NCBI GenBank assembly: GCA_030647555.1
Contig: JAUSJG010000004.1
Span: 36,661 to 100,660, forward strand
Length of the DNA stretch: 64,000 nucleotides
DNA from: a bacterium
GTDB taxonomy: Bacteria > Patescibacteriota > Andersenbacteria > UBA10190 > CAIZMI01
Direction of reading: 5' to 3'
Program-made: the position numbers and the translations under genes
In this document: positions 10,271 to 20,655 of the stretch, in pieces
How the letters are laid out: every line of letters starts with the position of its first letter
How positions within the stretch are numbered: the first letter of the stretch is position 1
Notes under the pieces: model-generated
What the model saw: only the letters and a program-made list of their open reading frames with translations
What the model was told of the DNA's origin: nothing
Database searches by the model: none

Positions 10271-11703
10271 ACGTATCGGTGTTGTTATATGAAGCAATAA
10301 AATTTATTATTCCGCTCCTGCCAATTTTGATACCCTTGAGCGCGGTAGTATTTTTATTCGTACCTTCGCGAAAATTGTTAGCATTGTTTTTGTTTTTTCT
10401 GGGATTCCAGGCGTTATTTATTGATGTGGGGGTTATGGTAAATATTCCACGTGTGTTGCTCTTCTTCTCTTTATTAACGCTGGTTTTATATTTTCCTAAA
10501 GATCTGGCGACTGCGATGGATGAATATCCGGGAAGAATTATGATAATAATTTTAATTATTTTTTTTAGCGTTTCAGCATTGTTGAATATCCCCAGTTTTC
10601 CGGTAAAAAGTATTGTTACAGCCTACGGACCGATAGGCGATAGTCTATTTCGTGATCGCGCCACAAAACAAATGTCACAAATTATGATGTTTGCACTTAA
10701 AGCCTCAATTCCTTTAGTAATTTTGGCGATATGTCGCTCACGGAAACAAATTGTGTCAATGGTAAAAATTTCCCTAATTGGTACTTCGATGCTTTGTATA
10801 TATGGGATATATCAGTATTTCGCTTATTTGTATAATTTACCCTCGATCTTTATTTTTCGTGGAGCATCAAACCCCACTGGTGGTATTGGCATTTTTAGTA
10901 CATCTCTCGGTAATTTTTTTAGAATTTCTTCCTTGGCGGGAGAGCCAAAAGATTTAGCTGGAATACTGCTACCATTTTCAGTTTTATTGGGAGTGATAAC
11001 CTGGCGAGTAATTAGAGAAAAGAAATATAGACTAGGTTTTAAATCCCTTTTACTGGGCATATTTTTATTGCATGTCTTTATTTTTACCATGACTTTTTCA
11101 ACCGCGGGGTGGTTGAGTGCCGTTGTTGCGGTGATTGGTATTTTAGGATTTAGTGTAAATTGGAAGCCCAAATTTAAACCGATCATATTGGTTTTTGGCG
11201 CGTTTCTTGGACTTTTTGCCGTATATATATTAGTTCCATCAGTTAATGAGGTGGTTAAACAGAGGTTTATCAGTAGGCTAAATCTGGAATATATAACCAA
11301 TGATGTTAATTATGGAGGTCCGCAACTTTTACACATGTATAAAACGCATCCGGAGACGATTATTTATGGGGCCTCATTGGGCGGTGCGGTATTTTACGAG
11401 CAATACAATGAACAACCGGAGAGCTTTGTCTATTACTTGTTCGATTATGGATTGCTTGGAATTCTATTCCTTTGTTATTTCTTTTACTTGATCGTAAAAA
11501 AAGTACTTTATTTATCAAAACAAAATAATCTGGAAAATGATATTTTATTTAATGGTCTTTTATACGCGATGATTGGAAGCATGGCGTCAACACTGGTATT
11601 TCCAAAAATTGACGCGATGCTTGGTTTGTGGGTTCTGATTGGATTAACTAGTGCGTTGGTTGTATATTCGCGAGGAGATGGTAAAGGCCTCGTCCGTAAA
11701 TAG
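10267..11703 (+). CDS. polytopic membrane protein, O-antigen ligase/Wzy-like polymerase
   Basis: About 11 predicted TM helices with a large periplasmic loop; lies in a glycan cluster beside Wzz; assigned by context and topology only. Confidence 0.5.
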   Translation: MNVSVLLYEAIKFIIPLLPILIPLSAVVFLFVPSRKLLALFLFFLGFQALFIDVGVMVNIPRVLLFFSLLTLVLYFPKDLATAMDEYPGRIMIIILIIFFSVSALLNIPSFPVKSIVTAYGPIGDSLFRDRATKQMSQIMMFALKASIPLVILAICRSRKQIVSMVKISLIGTSMLCIYGIYQYFAYLYNLPSIFIFRGASNPTGGIGIFSTSLGNFFRISSLAGEPKDLAGILLPFSVLLGVITWRVIREKKYRLGFKSLLLGIFLLHVFIFTMTFSTAGWLSAVVAVIGILGFSVNWKPKFKPIILVFGAFLGLFAVYILVPSVNEVVKQRFISRLNLEYITNDVNYGGPQLLHMYKTHPETIIYGASLGGAVFYEQYNEQPESFVYYLFDYGLLGILFLCYFFYLIVKKVLYLSKQNNLENDILFNGLLYAMIGSMASTLVFPKIDAMLGLWVLIGLTSALVVYSRGDGKGLVRK

Positions 11704-11768
11704 GGCGGATCGTTGATGGACTTCACGTTTGTTTACGTTAGTCCCCTAAGGTGGTAAAATAAAACAAA

Positions 11769-13061
11769 ATGGACACAAACAATAATTCATCCTGGCGCTT
11801 ATTAAAAACCGTGAAAGATCGTTGGTTTGTTGTTGTGTGTATTTTTCTTTCAATTTCCGTGTTGGGGACATATATTATTTGGTTGGCGGCACGTACATAT
11901 TCCGCAACCGCAGTTTTGTTGGTTCACTCACAACAAAAAGACGTAATTGATATGCAATCGTTACAAACGGTTGAAAGGATCAATTCCACTATCGCACAAC
12001 TGGCTACACAAGAAAGCGTTGTCAGTAAGGTTGAAAATATTACGGGAAATTACCAAAGTAATGTTTCCGCGTGGCCGGTAAAAGGAACGGAATTTATCAA
12101 TATTACAGCCATAGATTCTTCACCTGAATCGGCGCAACGTCTGGCAAATACTACTGTTGACGTGCTTCTTGATAGGGTAAATTGGTTGCAGGAAAAACAG
12201 CCGTTGGGAATTAGTGTTGAAGTCGTTGAAAAAGCGGTAGCACCACCAATTCCTTCTTCTACTTCAAAAAAGGTTCAAGCTGTTGGAGTCGTTATTTTTG
12301 CGATATTTTGTAGCATATTTTCAGCAGGTATCACGGAGTCTCTGGATAGGAGAGTTAGGGAGGAAGATGTAGAAACTGAGCTGCAGTTGGCCATTATTGG
12401 TAAGACAAACAAATTCCACCACAGTCATACCGGGTCTCTGCGTTCAAGAGATTCGTTTAAGCAATTGCAGTCAACAATGCAGTTTCTTAAATTTGATGAA
12501 CCAACAAACGCCATTGCATTTACTGGAACTTCACCGGGTGAAGGAAAATCTTCAACCATAGCAAACCTGGCCCTCGCTTTTCATAACGTAGGGCAGGATG
12601 TAATAATCGCGGATTTGGACTTCCGGAGACCAACAATGCATCGGCTGTTTGATATAGCAAACAGCTCAAAAAGCGGGCTTAGCAATATTTTGTTGAGTAC
12701 AAGCAATTTCCCTGATCCGGTGCAAACAAAATTTAAGCACATTTCTGTTTATCCCGCAGGAATTGCCGCACCGGATGACGCGGCACGTATTTATCAATCT
12801 CCTCGTTTACGTGAGCTAACTGAAAAAATGCGTGATAGTTGGCTATTGATTGATTTACCGCCACTTTTACTTGTTCCAGGGGCGGCAACAGTTGCTTCTG
12901 TTTGCAAAAACACAGTTTTTGTTATTGAGCCGGCAAAAACAAAACTTAGAGATGCAAAAGCGTGTCTGGCGATATTACGACGCGCAAATGTTAATATTGT
13001 TGGTGCTATTCTTACAAAAGTTAAAGGAATTAACGCCTATTATTCAAAAGACGAATATTAG
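11769..13061 (+). CDS. polysaccharide co-polymerase (Wzz-like) fused to BY-tyrosine kinase (CpsD/CapB-like)
   Basis: Two TM segments flank a periplasmic domain; C-terminal Walker A (GTSPGEGKSSTIANLA) and Walker A' (VIIADLDFRRP). Confidence 0.7.
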   Translation: MDTNNNSSWRLLKTVKDRWFVVVCIFLSISVLGTYIIWLAARTYSATAVLLVHSQQKDVIDMQSLQTVERINSTIAQLATQESVVSKVENITGNYQSNVSAWPVKGTEFINITAIDSSPESAQRLANTTVDVLLDRVNWLQEKQPLGISVEVVEKAVAPPIPSSTSKKVQAVGVVIFAIFCSIFSAGITESLDRRVREEDVETELQLAIIGKTNKFHHSHTGSLRSRDSFKQLQSTMQFLKFDEPTNAIAFTGTSPGEGKSSTIANLALAFHNVGQDVIIADLDFRRPTMHRLFDIANSSKSGLSNILLSTSNFPDPVQTKFKHISVYPAGIAAPDDAARIYQSPRLRELTEKMRDSWLLIDLPPLLLVPGAATVASVCKNTVFVIEPAKTKLRDAKACLAILRRANVNIVGAILTKVKGINAYYSKDEY

Positions 13062-14311
13062 TCTATTTTTTGAAGTTTATCTTCATAAAGTGAAATTAGC
13101 CGCGACACAACTATCGTCCAAGAATATTTGTTGCTAATTATGTTGTGTTGAGTTGTAGTATTATGCGGACTGGTAATAGTTTTGGAGATCGCCTCAGTGA
13201 TTTTTTCTGCCAAACACTTACTATCGCCTGGGGGGCAAGGGCTTTCATTGTCAGTGATTTTAAGTATTTCTGAAATTGCGCCAGTGTTGGTTCCAACGAG
13301 CGGTTTTCCACAAGATGCTGCCTCCAGAAATGTTAAGCAAAAACCTTCTTGTAATGATGGTTGAACATAAATATCACAGCCATTAAAGAAATCCAAAAGT
13401 TCATCCCTGCATATTTCATTTGTAATAAAAGTCCAATTCGGACCGAGTTTGTATTTTTGTATATAATCGTCTAGTTTATTTTTATATTTCTTTTCTTTTA
13501 TTGAACCAATATTTATAATGTGTACGTTTGGATAATATTTTCTAATTTCAACAGAAGCGGTCAATAAGACGTGTAAACCTTTGTGTTGAGAGATCGGAGC
13601 AACCGTCAAAATTGTGGGAAAATGATTTGGTCTTGATCTTTTAACGTTGAGTTGTGGTGTAAAAATATCAACATTAACACCATTTGGAATGACGATTATT
13701 TTCCCATCAGGAATATAGTTTTGGATCAAATGATTTTTTACATGTTCACTTACTGCAATAATATTTGTGACTTTGTACTTTTGAAATCTTGAGATATTTA
13801 TTTGTTTTACGACATAGAAATAAATTGTTGTTAGTAATACATTGAGCGAAGAAATAGGTGTCGTTGAAAGTGGAGAATATTCCGCGGGGGGAAAATTATG
13901 TACTGTCCAAAAGACAGGGATATGAATAATGTGATTATTGAAAATACCAGTCACATAGTGACCATATAAAACATGAACAATGTCGGCTTTGAGGCTTAAT
14001 ATTTGATGAACAATAATCTTATCAAGTTCTTTGCAAAAATTTCGTCGTGCAGCGCGCGTATTGTGGTCAAGGTTGCTTGGTAAACCCAAATTATAGACAT
14101 TGTAGTTGTCAATTTTTACCCACCTAAGTGGGGGAAAGGTTTTTTCGTCCGGTGTATAAGTTATAAGAAAAACATTTTGACCAAGCCTTGCGAGGGTTTT
14201 ACAGATATTTTTCACATAGGTTATTGTCCCGCCAATCAGGGGAGAATAGTGTTCGCTTATACAAAGTATATTTAATGGCCGACTCTTGACTAATTGGTGG
14301 TTTGTTGCCAT
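13058..14311 (-). CDS. glycosyltransferase GT1/GT4
   Basis: GT-B fold; C-terminal EGFCLTFLEAASCGKPLVGT motif. Confidence 0.75.
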   Translation of the reverse strand: MATNHQLVKSRPLNILCISEHYSPLIGGTITYVKNICKTLARLGQNVFLITYTPDEKTFPPLRWVKIDNYNVYNLGLPSNLDHNTRAARRNFCKELDKIIVHQILSLKADIVHVLYGHYVTGIFNNHIIHIPVFWTVHNFPPAEYSPLSTTPISSLNVLLTTIYFYVVKQINISRFQKYKVTNIIAVSEHVKNHLIQNYIPDGKIIVIPNGVNVDIFTPQLNVKRSRPNHFPTILTVAPISQHKGLHVLLTASVEIRKYYPNVHIINIGSIKEKKYKNKLDDYIQKYKLGPNWTFITNEICRDELLDFFNGCDIYVQPSLQEGFCLTFLEAASCGKPLVGTNTGAISEILKITDNESPCPPGDSKCLAEKITEAISKTITSPHNTTTQHNIISNKYSWTIVVSRLISLYEDKLQKID

Positions 14312-15987
14312 TTTTCAAGTTTATAAGGCATTCTTTAATCATGCTAGTACTTGGAATTAACGCGTTTCACGGGGATGCCGCCGCAAGCTTGGTGGATGAT
14401 GGCAAGATTGTGGCTGCAGTCGCCGAGGAGAGGTTTACACGCAATAAGCATGAGGGCGGATTGCCAATTCAAGCCATTGCGTGGTGTCTAGGTCAAACAA
14501 AAAAAAGAGTAGAGCATGTGGCAATTAGTCGTAATCCGTCACTGTTTCGTTTGCGTAAAATCATTACGATTTTTGAAAATCCACTTTTATTAAAACGAAT
14601 TAATAATAGGTTAAATAATGCGAACAAAATTAATGCCGTTAAGGAACAGGTTCAAAGAATCATTGATCACAAAATAATTCTACATCAGGTAGAACACCAT
14701 CGTGCTCATCTTGCGTATACTTTTGCCGTAAGTAATTTTGATGAATGTAATTTATTATCAGTGGATGGGTTTGGTGATTTTGTTAGTACCGCTTGGGGCT
14801 CTTGCGATGGTAAAAATGTTAAAATCGATAAAAGAGTTTTTTTTCCACATTCAATCGGTATATTTTATACGGCACTAACGCAATTTTTGGGATTTTCCGG
14901 GTATGGCGAAGAGTATAAAGTAATGGCCTTAGCTTCATTTGGCACCCCGCGGTATTTAGAACTATTTAATAAAATAATTTCGAAGACTTGTAGCGGATTT
15001 CAGCTTTCGACGAAATATTTTACTCACACAAAAGGCGGTGCGGATATGACTTATGGTGCCGGTACGCCGGTAGTGGGGAAGCTGTACTCTAAAGAGCTGG
15101 AAAAAATATTGGGGCCCGCCAGAAGACGTGATCAACTAATAACTGAGCGACATTATGACATTGCCGCAACACTTCAAGCCATGACAACGGATATGGTGTT
15201 GCATCTCGCGATGCTGGTAAAAAAAACTTCAAACTTAAAAAATTTAGCCATCAGCGGGGGAGTGGCACAAAATAGCGTAACTAATGGCGTTTTTGAAAGA
15301 AGTGGGCTGTTTGAAAACTATTGGTTTCCGAGCGCACCCGCCGATGATGGAACCGCTATCGGCGCTGCGGCCATAGTTGCCCTTGCCAATGGCGATAGGT
15401 TCGTTGGGAAAGGTAATAATTCGGCATTCCTGGGGTCGAATTATTGCAATGATAATTCGGGCCTGATTTCAGCGGTTGTTGATTTGCTTGGCAGGGGTAA
15501 AATTGTCGGCTGGTTTGAAGGTAGAGCGGAATTTGGGCCGCGAGCACTTGGACATCGTTCTATTCTGGCAGATCCGCGACTAAAAGATATAAAGGAAAAA
15601 ATAAATGCGGTCATAAAAAAAAGAGAAAACTTTCGGCCATTTGCTCCAATGGTATTATTGGAAGATTGTCCGAAGTATTTTGAAATGACAAAACCTTCAC
15701 CAAACATGATGACGGTTGCATTGGTAAAAAAAGAATGGAGGGACAGATTGTCTGCCGTAACGCATTTTGATGGGACAGCTCGCGTTCAGACGGTTACTGG
15801 GGAATTTTTGCCAAACATTGCAACTCTATTGGAAAGATGGCGTGATGTCGCGGGTATGAGTGTTTTGCTCAATACTTCTTTTAATGAGAACGAACCGATT
15901 GTGAATACACCAGAAGAGGCAAAGGCTTGTTTTCAGCGGACAAAAATGGATGCGCTGGCCATAAATGGCGAGTTATTCGTGAAATAG
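14302..15987 (+). CDS. carbamoyltransferase (NodU/CmcH family)
   Basis: N-terminal LGINAFHGDAAASLVDDGKIVAAVAEERFTRNKH, typical of the HypF/NodU carbamoyltransferase family; 561 aa. Confidence 0.85.
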   Translation: MLPFFKFIRHSLIMLVLGINAFHGDAAASLVDDGKIVAAVAEERFTRNKHEGGLPIQAIAWCLGQTKKRVEHVAISRNPSLFRLRKIITIFENPLLLKRINNRLNNANKINAVKEQVQRIIDHKIILHQVEHHRAHLAYTFAVSNFDECNLLSVDGFGDFVSTAWGSCDGKNVKIDKRVFFPHSIGIFYTALTQFLGFSGYGEEYKVMALASFGTPRYLELFNKIISKTCSGFQLSTKYFTHTKGGADMTYGAGTPVVGKLYSKELEKILGPARRRDQLITERHYDIAATLQAMTTDMVLHLAMLVKKTSNLKNLAISGGVAQNSVTNGVFERSGLFENYWFPSAPADDGTAIGAAAIVALANGDRFVGKGNNSAFLGSNYCNDNSGLISAVVDLLGRGKIVGWFEGRAEFGPRALGHRSILADPRLKDIKEKINAVIKKRENFRPFAPMVLLEDCPKYFEMTKPSPNMMTVALVKKEWRDRLSAVTHFDGTARVQTVTGEFLPNIATLLERWRDVAGMSVLLNTSFNENEPIVNTPEEAKACFQRTKMDALAINGELFVK

Positions 15988-16006
15988 GCGTTTTGTTGGT
16001 ACATTT

Positions 16007-17509
16007 ATGAGTGCTATGAAGATAACTTTTATAAATCCCCCCGTCTGGAAGGGAACTAGGCCAGTAGACAGAGTTTATGGTTGCACCTATGCCCTTTATC
16101 CAATTCCAAACATTGTTGCAGTGGGTTACGCGGCGGTAATTCTTGAGACAGGCTTAGATGCTGATTATTTGGATGCTGCTAATGAGCGAATTAGCGCAGA
16201 TACGTTTCTTGAAAAAATAAGAAAAGATCAAAGTGATGTATATTCGTTTCATACAACAAATCTCTCACAAGAGATTGATTTAAAAACGGTTCGGGAAATG
16301 AGGCGGATTAAGCCACAGGTGTGGTTTGTTTTTACTGGTCCCGCGCCAACGGATCGTCCCGACGAATTTTTACTTGATGACAAGATGGTTGTTGCAAGGG
16401 GGGAAGCGGACTATATTTTGCGAGATATAGTTTTAGAAATTAAGAATGGTGGACGTAGGGAGGAATTTAAAAAAATAAAGGGAGCATCTTTTATTGAAAA
16501 CGGGAAGCATGTTCATAATGTCAGTGCTGGTTTAATTGAAGACCTGGATGTGTTACCAATTCCCGCAAGATATTTATTGAAGAAAGGGATTTTTTATAAT
16601 CCGAAATTACCCAACGAGCCGGTTACTTCAATGTTAACCTCGCGCAATTGTGCGTTCCAGTGCGTTTTTTGCGTGCCTAATTCAATTGGATTTGCAAGGG
16701 AAATCGAATATAAACGCTACAACAATAATGAAAATGTTTCCGATGGGGAATTGCCTTCTGGATACGGAAAATTTATTAAACCACCGGTTAGAAAACGTAG
16801 TGCAAAAAAAGTTATTGAGGAATTTGTTCAACTTAAAAAAGATGGCTATCGCTCCGTAGCAATAGCAGACGACCAGTTTTTGTGGGAGGAGGAACGAACC
16901 ATCGAAATTTGTGATGGAATTAAGAATTTGGGAATTACGTGGGGCTGTCTTGCGAGGGCAGATCGAGTTACGGAAAAAACGGCCATCGCGATGGCTGAAT
17001 CAGGGTGTCGTTATGTAGATTTTGGCGTCGAGTCTCTAAATCCACAAACACTTCTTTACATAAACAAGGGCACCACAAAAGAGAGAATTATTGAGGGAAT
17101 CAAAATTCTTCAGAAAGTCGGTATAAAAGTAAAGGTGAATATGCTGATTGGTGCAGATCCCAATGAAAGTTCTGCGATGTTGTGGAACAGCATTAAAGAA
17201 ATTACCTCTCTTCATCCTGAAAATATTATGTATAGCATTGTCAGTCCTTATCCCGGGACAAAATTTTATGAGATTGCAAAAAAGGAAGGGTTTTTTATGG
17301 ATAGAGATTTTAAGGCAGTAAGTGTTCATCAAAAAGCAATCACTGATTTACCAAACATCTCCGCTCAAGATCTTGAAAAAATTATTCGCAAGGCGAATTA
17401 CTTATTCTTGTTTAATTGGTATACAATTAAACAAAATTTGTGGCGCTTGGGGCGCCCAAAGAGTGCGATTTCTGCGTTACTGGCAATCAGGGAAAAACTA
17501 TTTTCATGA
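16007..17509 (+). CDS. B12-binding radical SAM enzyme
   Basis: N-terminal B12-binding-like domain; CxxxCxxC cluster CAFQCVFC; 500 aa. Confidence 0.75.
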   Translation: MSAMKITFINPPVWKGTRPVDRVYGCTYALYPIPNIVAVGYAAVILETGLDADYLDAANERISADTFLEKIRKDQSDVYSFHTTNLSQEIDLKTVREMRRIKPQVWFVFTGPAPTDRPDEFLLDDKMVVARGEADYILRDIVLEIKNGGRREEFKKIKGASFIENGKHVHNVSAGLIEDLDVLPIPARYLLKKGIFYNPKLPNEPVTSMLTSRNCAFQCVFCVPNSIGFAREIEYKRYNNNENVSDGELPSGYGKFIKPPVRKRSAKKVIEEFVQLKKDGYRSVAIADDQFLWEEERTIEICDGIKNLGITWGCLARADRVTEKTAIAMAESGCRYVDFGVESLNPQTLLYINKGTTKERIIEGIKILQKVGIKVKVNMLIGADPNESSAMLWNSIKEITSLHPENIMYSIVSPYPGTKFYEIAKKEGFFMDRDFKAVSVHQKAITDLPNISAQDLEKIIRKANYLFLFNWYTIKQNLWRLGRPKSAISALLAIREKLFS

Positions 17510-17535
17510 ACCTGACTGGGTAGTTGTGATGGGGT

Positions 17536-18735
17536 ATGAAAATATTATTTATCACTTCAAGGCTACCGTTTCCACCATATCGTGGAGATAAGTTGCGAAC
17601 TTTTAATTTTATAAAAGAACTTTCTCTGAATCACGATATTCATCTTGTTTCGTTCTACGAATCAAGACAGGAGCTCGTTGATTGTAAGCAACTGGAAAAA
17701 TACTGTAAAAAAATTTATCTTGTGTATTTGCCCAAATGGCTAGCCTGGTTAAAGGCGGTCACGTTTTATTTCTCAAATGATCCATCGCAGGTTGCGTATT
17801 ACCGATCTGGCAGAATGAAAAGACTTATTGCACAAATATTAAATAATGAGAGTTTTGATTTGGCATACATCCATCTTTTTCGAATGTTTCAATATGTCCA
17901 TTTAATCCCCGACAATGTTTATAAAGTAACGGATTTAACAGATGTAATTTCGAAAGAAATCTTTAGATCAATTGGTAATGAAAATAATTTACACACAAGA
18001 ATAATTAAAAGGGAGGCAACGAAAATAAGAAAATATGAACAGATGGTCGCGTGGACGACCAATGAGACATGGGTGATTTCTGAACAGGAAAAATGGGATC
18101 TAATCGCAAGTAGTAATTGCGAAAGGGTGAGTGTGGTTAAAAACGGGGTAAATATCAGTGGCGATATGAAGCGCCTTTATGATGATCCCAATATTTTATT
18201 TTTTGGATATTATAATACCAGTCACAATAAAGACGCACTGAAATTTTTAAAAGATAATATTATGCCAAATATCATAAAAAAAGTTCCAAATACTAAATTA
18301 ACAGTTTTTGGAGCAGGGAAGTGGCGCACCCCGAAAAATGTAAAATCCAAGTTCCCTGTTAATTATTTAGGATTTATTTCTGATCTTAGCGACGTCTTTG
18401 TATCAGCAACTGTTATGGTGGCACCTATTTTATATTCTGCCGGAACACAAAATAAAATTTTAGAAGCCATGAACCATGGTGTCCCCGTAATCACCAGCAA
18501 TTTTGGCAACGAAGGAATCGACGCAAAAAATGGCACCGAAATAATTCTTTGCAACAGTTCGGAGGAGTATGTGACCCAAATCTGCCGAATAATAACTGAT
18601 GTTCGTCTAAATGAACATATTGGAGTAAATGGCCAAAAATACGTGCGTCAGAATTTTTCATGGGATAACGTGACTAAGAGGGTAAGTGAGATAGAAAAAA
18701 CGCTTAAATCGCAAAATTTGAAGCCGAATTCATAA
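17536..18735 (+). CDS. glycosyltransferase GT1/GT4
   Basis: GT-B architecture; motif NHGVPVITSNFGNEGI. Confidence 0.75.
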   Translation: MKILFITSRLPFPPYRGDKLRTFNFIKELSLNHDIHLVSFYESRQELVDCKQLEKYCKKIYLVYLPKWLAWLKAVTFYFSNDPSQVAYYRSGRMKRLIAQILNNESFDLAYIHLFRMFQYVHLIPDNVYKVTDLTDVISKEIFRSIGNENNLHTRIIKREATKIRKYEQMVAWTTNETWVISEQEKWDLIASSNCERVSVVKNGVNISGDMKRLYDDPNILFFGYYNTSHNKDALKFLKDNIMPNIIKKVPNTKLTVFGAGKWRTPKNVKSKFPVNYLGFISDLSDVFVSATVMVAPILYSAGTQNKILEAMNHGVPVITSNFGNEGIDAKNGTEIILCNSSEEYVTQICRIITDVRLNEHIGVNGQKYVRQNFSWDNVTKRVSEIEKTLKSQNLKPNS

Positions 18736-18841
18736 GGGAGGATTTTTGCAGTAGGGCGGCACGAGGTTCTGTATTTGCACTATTTATTGAGATAGATTAA
18801 TATGAGTATAATCACTATTATACTCAGTTAAATACATACCC

Positions 18842-19801
18842 ATGGACACAAAACAAAAACCGAGCCTTCCCCACCTGGATAAATATATTTTGCATTTGAT
18901 CACACACAACTATTCAAAAGAAACAATTTATAATTACGAAAGAGATTTGCAACTGTTGGAAAATTTTTTGAAAAATGATTTGAAAATCCCCTTCCAAAAA
19001 TTCGATAAGCAAGCATTGGAGCTTTATAAAGCCGAGTTGGTTTCGATTGATCGAAAAACGGCAAATGGAGTTACCGCGGGGGCCTCTACCCTATCGTCTC
19101 GTTCCATCAACAGGGCGCTTTCCGCTTTTCGTTCTTATTTATCATTTTTAATTGCAAATGATATTCCGTGTCCTTTACCGCGTGAAGCAGTCACATTAAT
19201 TCGAATGGAAAGACGTCACGCGCGCGTAGCCGAATTGGAAGAATTGATTCGTTTGATTGAAGCACCGACAACAATGGAAAAAAATAAAGAAATTGCGTTG
19301 CGAAATCGTGCGATACTTGAAACATTGTTTGCAACCGGAATGAGAATATCAGAACTCGTGTCATTAAATTGCGATCAAGTGGACGGAAAAGGAAAGATAT
19401 TTGTCAAAGGAAAAGGGAAAAAAGAAAGATTTGTTTATATGACGCCCAGGGCTACGGAATATGTTAATCGGTATGTGTCATTGCATAAGGACAAAAAAGG
19501 CGCGCTGTTTACCCCCCTGCGTGGCAGAAACGCAAAATCACAGAAAGCGAGAATATCAACAAACTATCTGCAAGATAAAATAAAAAAATATCGGGAGGCA
19601 CTTGGAATTGTTGTGCCAACATCGGCCCATTCCCTAAGACATGGGTTTGCTACTTATCTCGCCGAGTCGGGTGCCAACCCCGCGGCTATTCAAATATTGC
19701 TCGGCCACGAATCTTTGGAAACCACAACGAGATATGTGCATCCCTCCGACAGGTTTGCCGAAACAACGCACAAAAAATTTCACCCGCTGCAAAACATCTA
19801 A
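18842..19801 (+). CDS. tyrosine site-specific recombinase (XerC/XerD-like)
   Basis: Catalytic box HSLRHGFATYLAESGANPAAIQILLGHESLETTTRYVH containing the R..H..R..Y signature. Confidence 0.85.
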   Translation: MDTKQKPSLPHLDKYILHLITHNYSKETIYNYERDLQLLENFLKNDLKIPFQKFDKQALELYKAELVSIDRKTANGVTAGASTLSSRSINRALSAFRSYLSFLIANDIPCPLPREAVTLIRMERRHARVAELEELIRLIEAPTTMEKNKEIALRNRAILETLFATGMRISELVSLNCDQVDGKGKIFVKGKGKKERFVYMTPRATEYVNRYVSLHKDKKGALFTPLRGRNAKSQKARISTNYLQDKIKKYREALGIVVPTSAHSLRHGFATYLAESGANPAAIQILLGHESLETTTRYVHPSDRFAETTHKKFHPLQNI

Positions 19802-19866
19802 TGATTTGTCGCCACCAATTTTTTGGATATATTGCGGATGACTCCCAAAAGCGGGATATCTCAAAT

Positions 19867-20018
19867 AATGACCAATGTCCACTACCCAATAACCACTGAA
19901 TGACCACTAAGATAAATGACCAATTTCTACGCATAACGTCACCACTATGATGCTCGTATCCAGTGGTTATTAATGCATTAGTTATTCAGTGGTCATTGGT
20001 TATTGAGTATTGGTCATT
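19867..20018. repeat. cluster of five AATGACCAAT / ATTGGTCATT motifs (3 direct, 2 inverted) immediately downstream of the recombinase gene
   Basis: Direct copies at 19867, 19899 and 19915; inverted copies at 19991 and 20009. Longer inverted arms at 19889-19909 and 19985-20004. Confidence 0.7.
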
Positions 20019-20105
20019 AATCATGGATACACGAAGAAACACGATAAGAAATACTCGTTGGTTGATTAGATCTATCCCGCTATTGCGTGCGATCCCGTAT
20101 TTCTT

Positions 20106-20576
20106 CTATCCTTTCGTTACGCAAACACTCGGTTCGTAACCCGCATCAATCGCCTCTTGTTCCGTTTTAAAGAAAACCAGGTTTTCTTCTTTAATACGTT
20201 TAACTTCGGCGCAACTTGTAAAATAGTATTTTGTGCCGTTTATCGACGCGGCATATTGGCCATTACCGGTTGTAGTACTATTTGTTGCATTATCGGTAGT
20301 TTCTCCTGCAACGCGTGGAAGCATACTCGCAACGGGAGTGGTTTTGGTCGCCGAGGTCAATACTGCGATATCGGCATCCGAAAACACTGATGGAACTGCG
20401 TTTGTGCCCTGAAAAACGATCGGAGACGCTTTTTTAGTCTCCGATGACCAATAACCCACCAAGTAGCCCAGAATCACCAGAAATACGCCTAAAACCCACA
20501 TAAAAACTTTGTCCTCTCGCTTGGCGGTCAATTTTTGCCATTGGTCAGTTACGCTCATGTTAAACATATGGTACAA
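20106..20576 (-). CDS. membrane-anchored protein with C-terminal Ada-like metal-binding motif
   Basis: One TM segment; C-terminus GTKYYFTSCAEVKRIKEENLVFFKTEQEAIDAGYEPSVC resembles the Ada N-terminal Zn-binding pattern. Confidence 0.35.
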   Translation of the reverse strand: MYHMFNMSVTDQWQKLTAKREDKVFMWVLGVFLVILGYLVGYWSSETKKASPIVFQGTNAVPSVFSDADIAVLTSATKTTPVASMLPRVAGETTDNATNSTTTGNGQYAASINGTKYYFTSCAEVKRIKEENLVFFKTEQEAIDAGYEPSVCVTKG

Positions 20577-20655
20577 CTATGGCTGATATTATCCCAGTAA
20601 TACAACCGTCAAGAAGTTGAAAGTATTTGTTTTTTAATATATACTCATCAATTAA

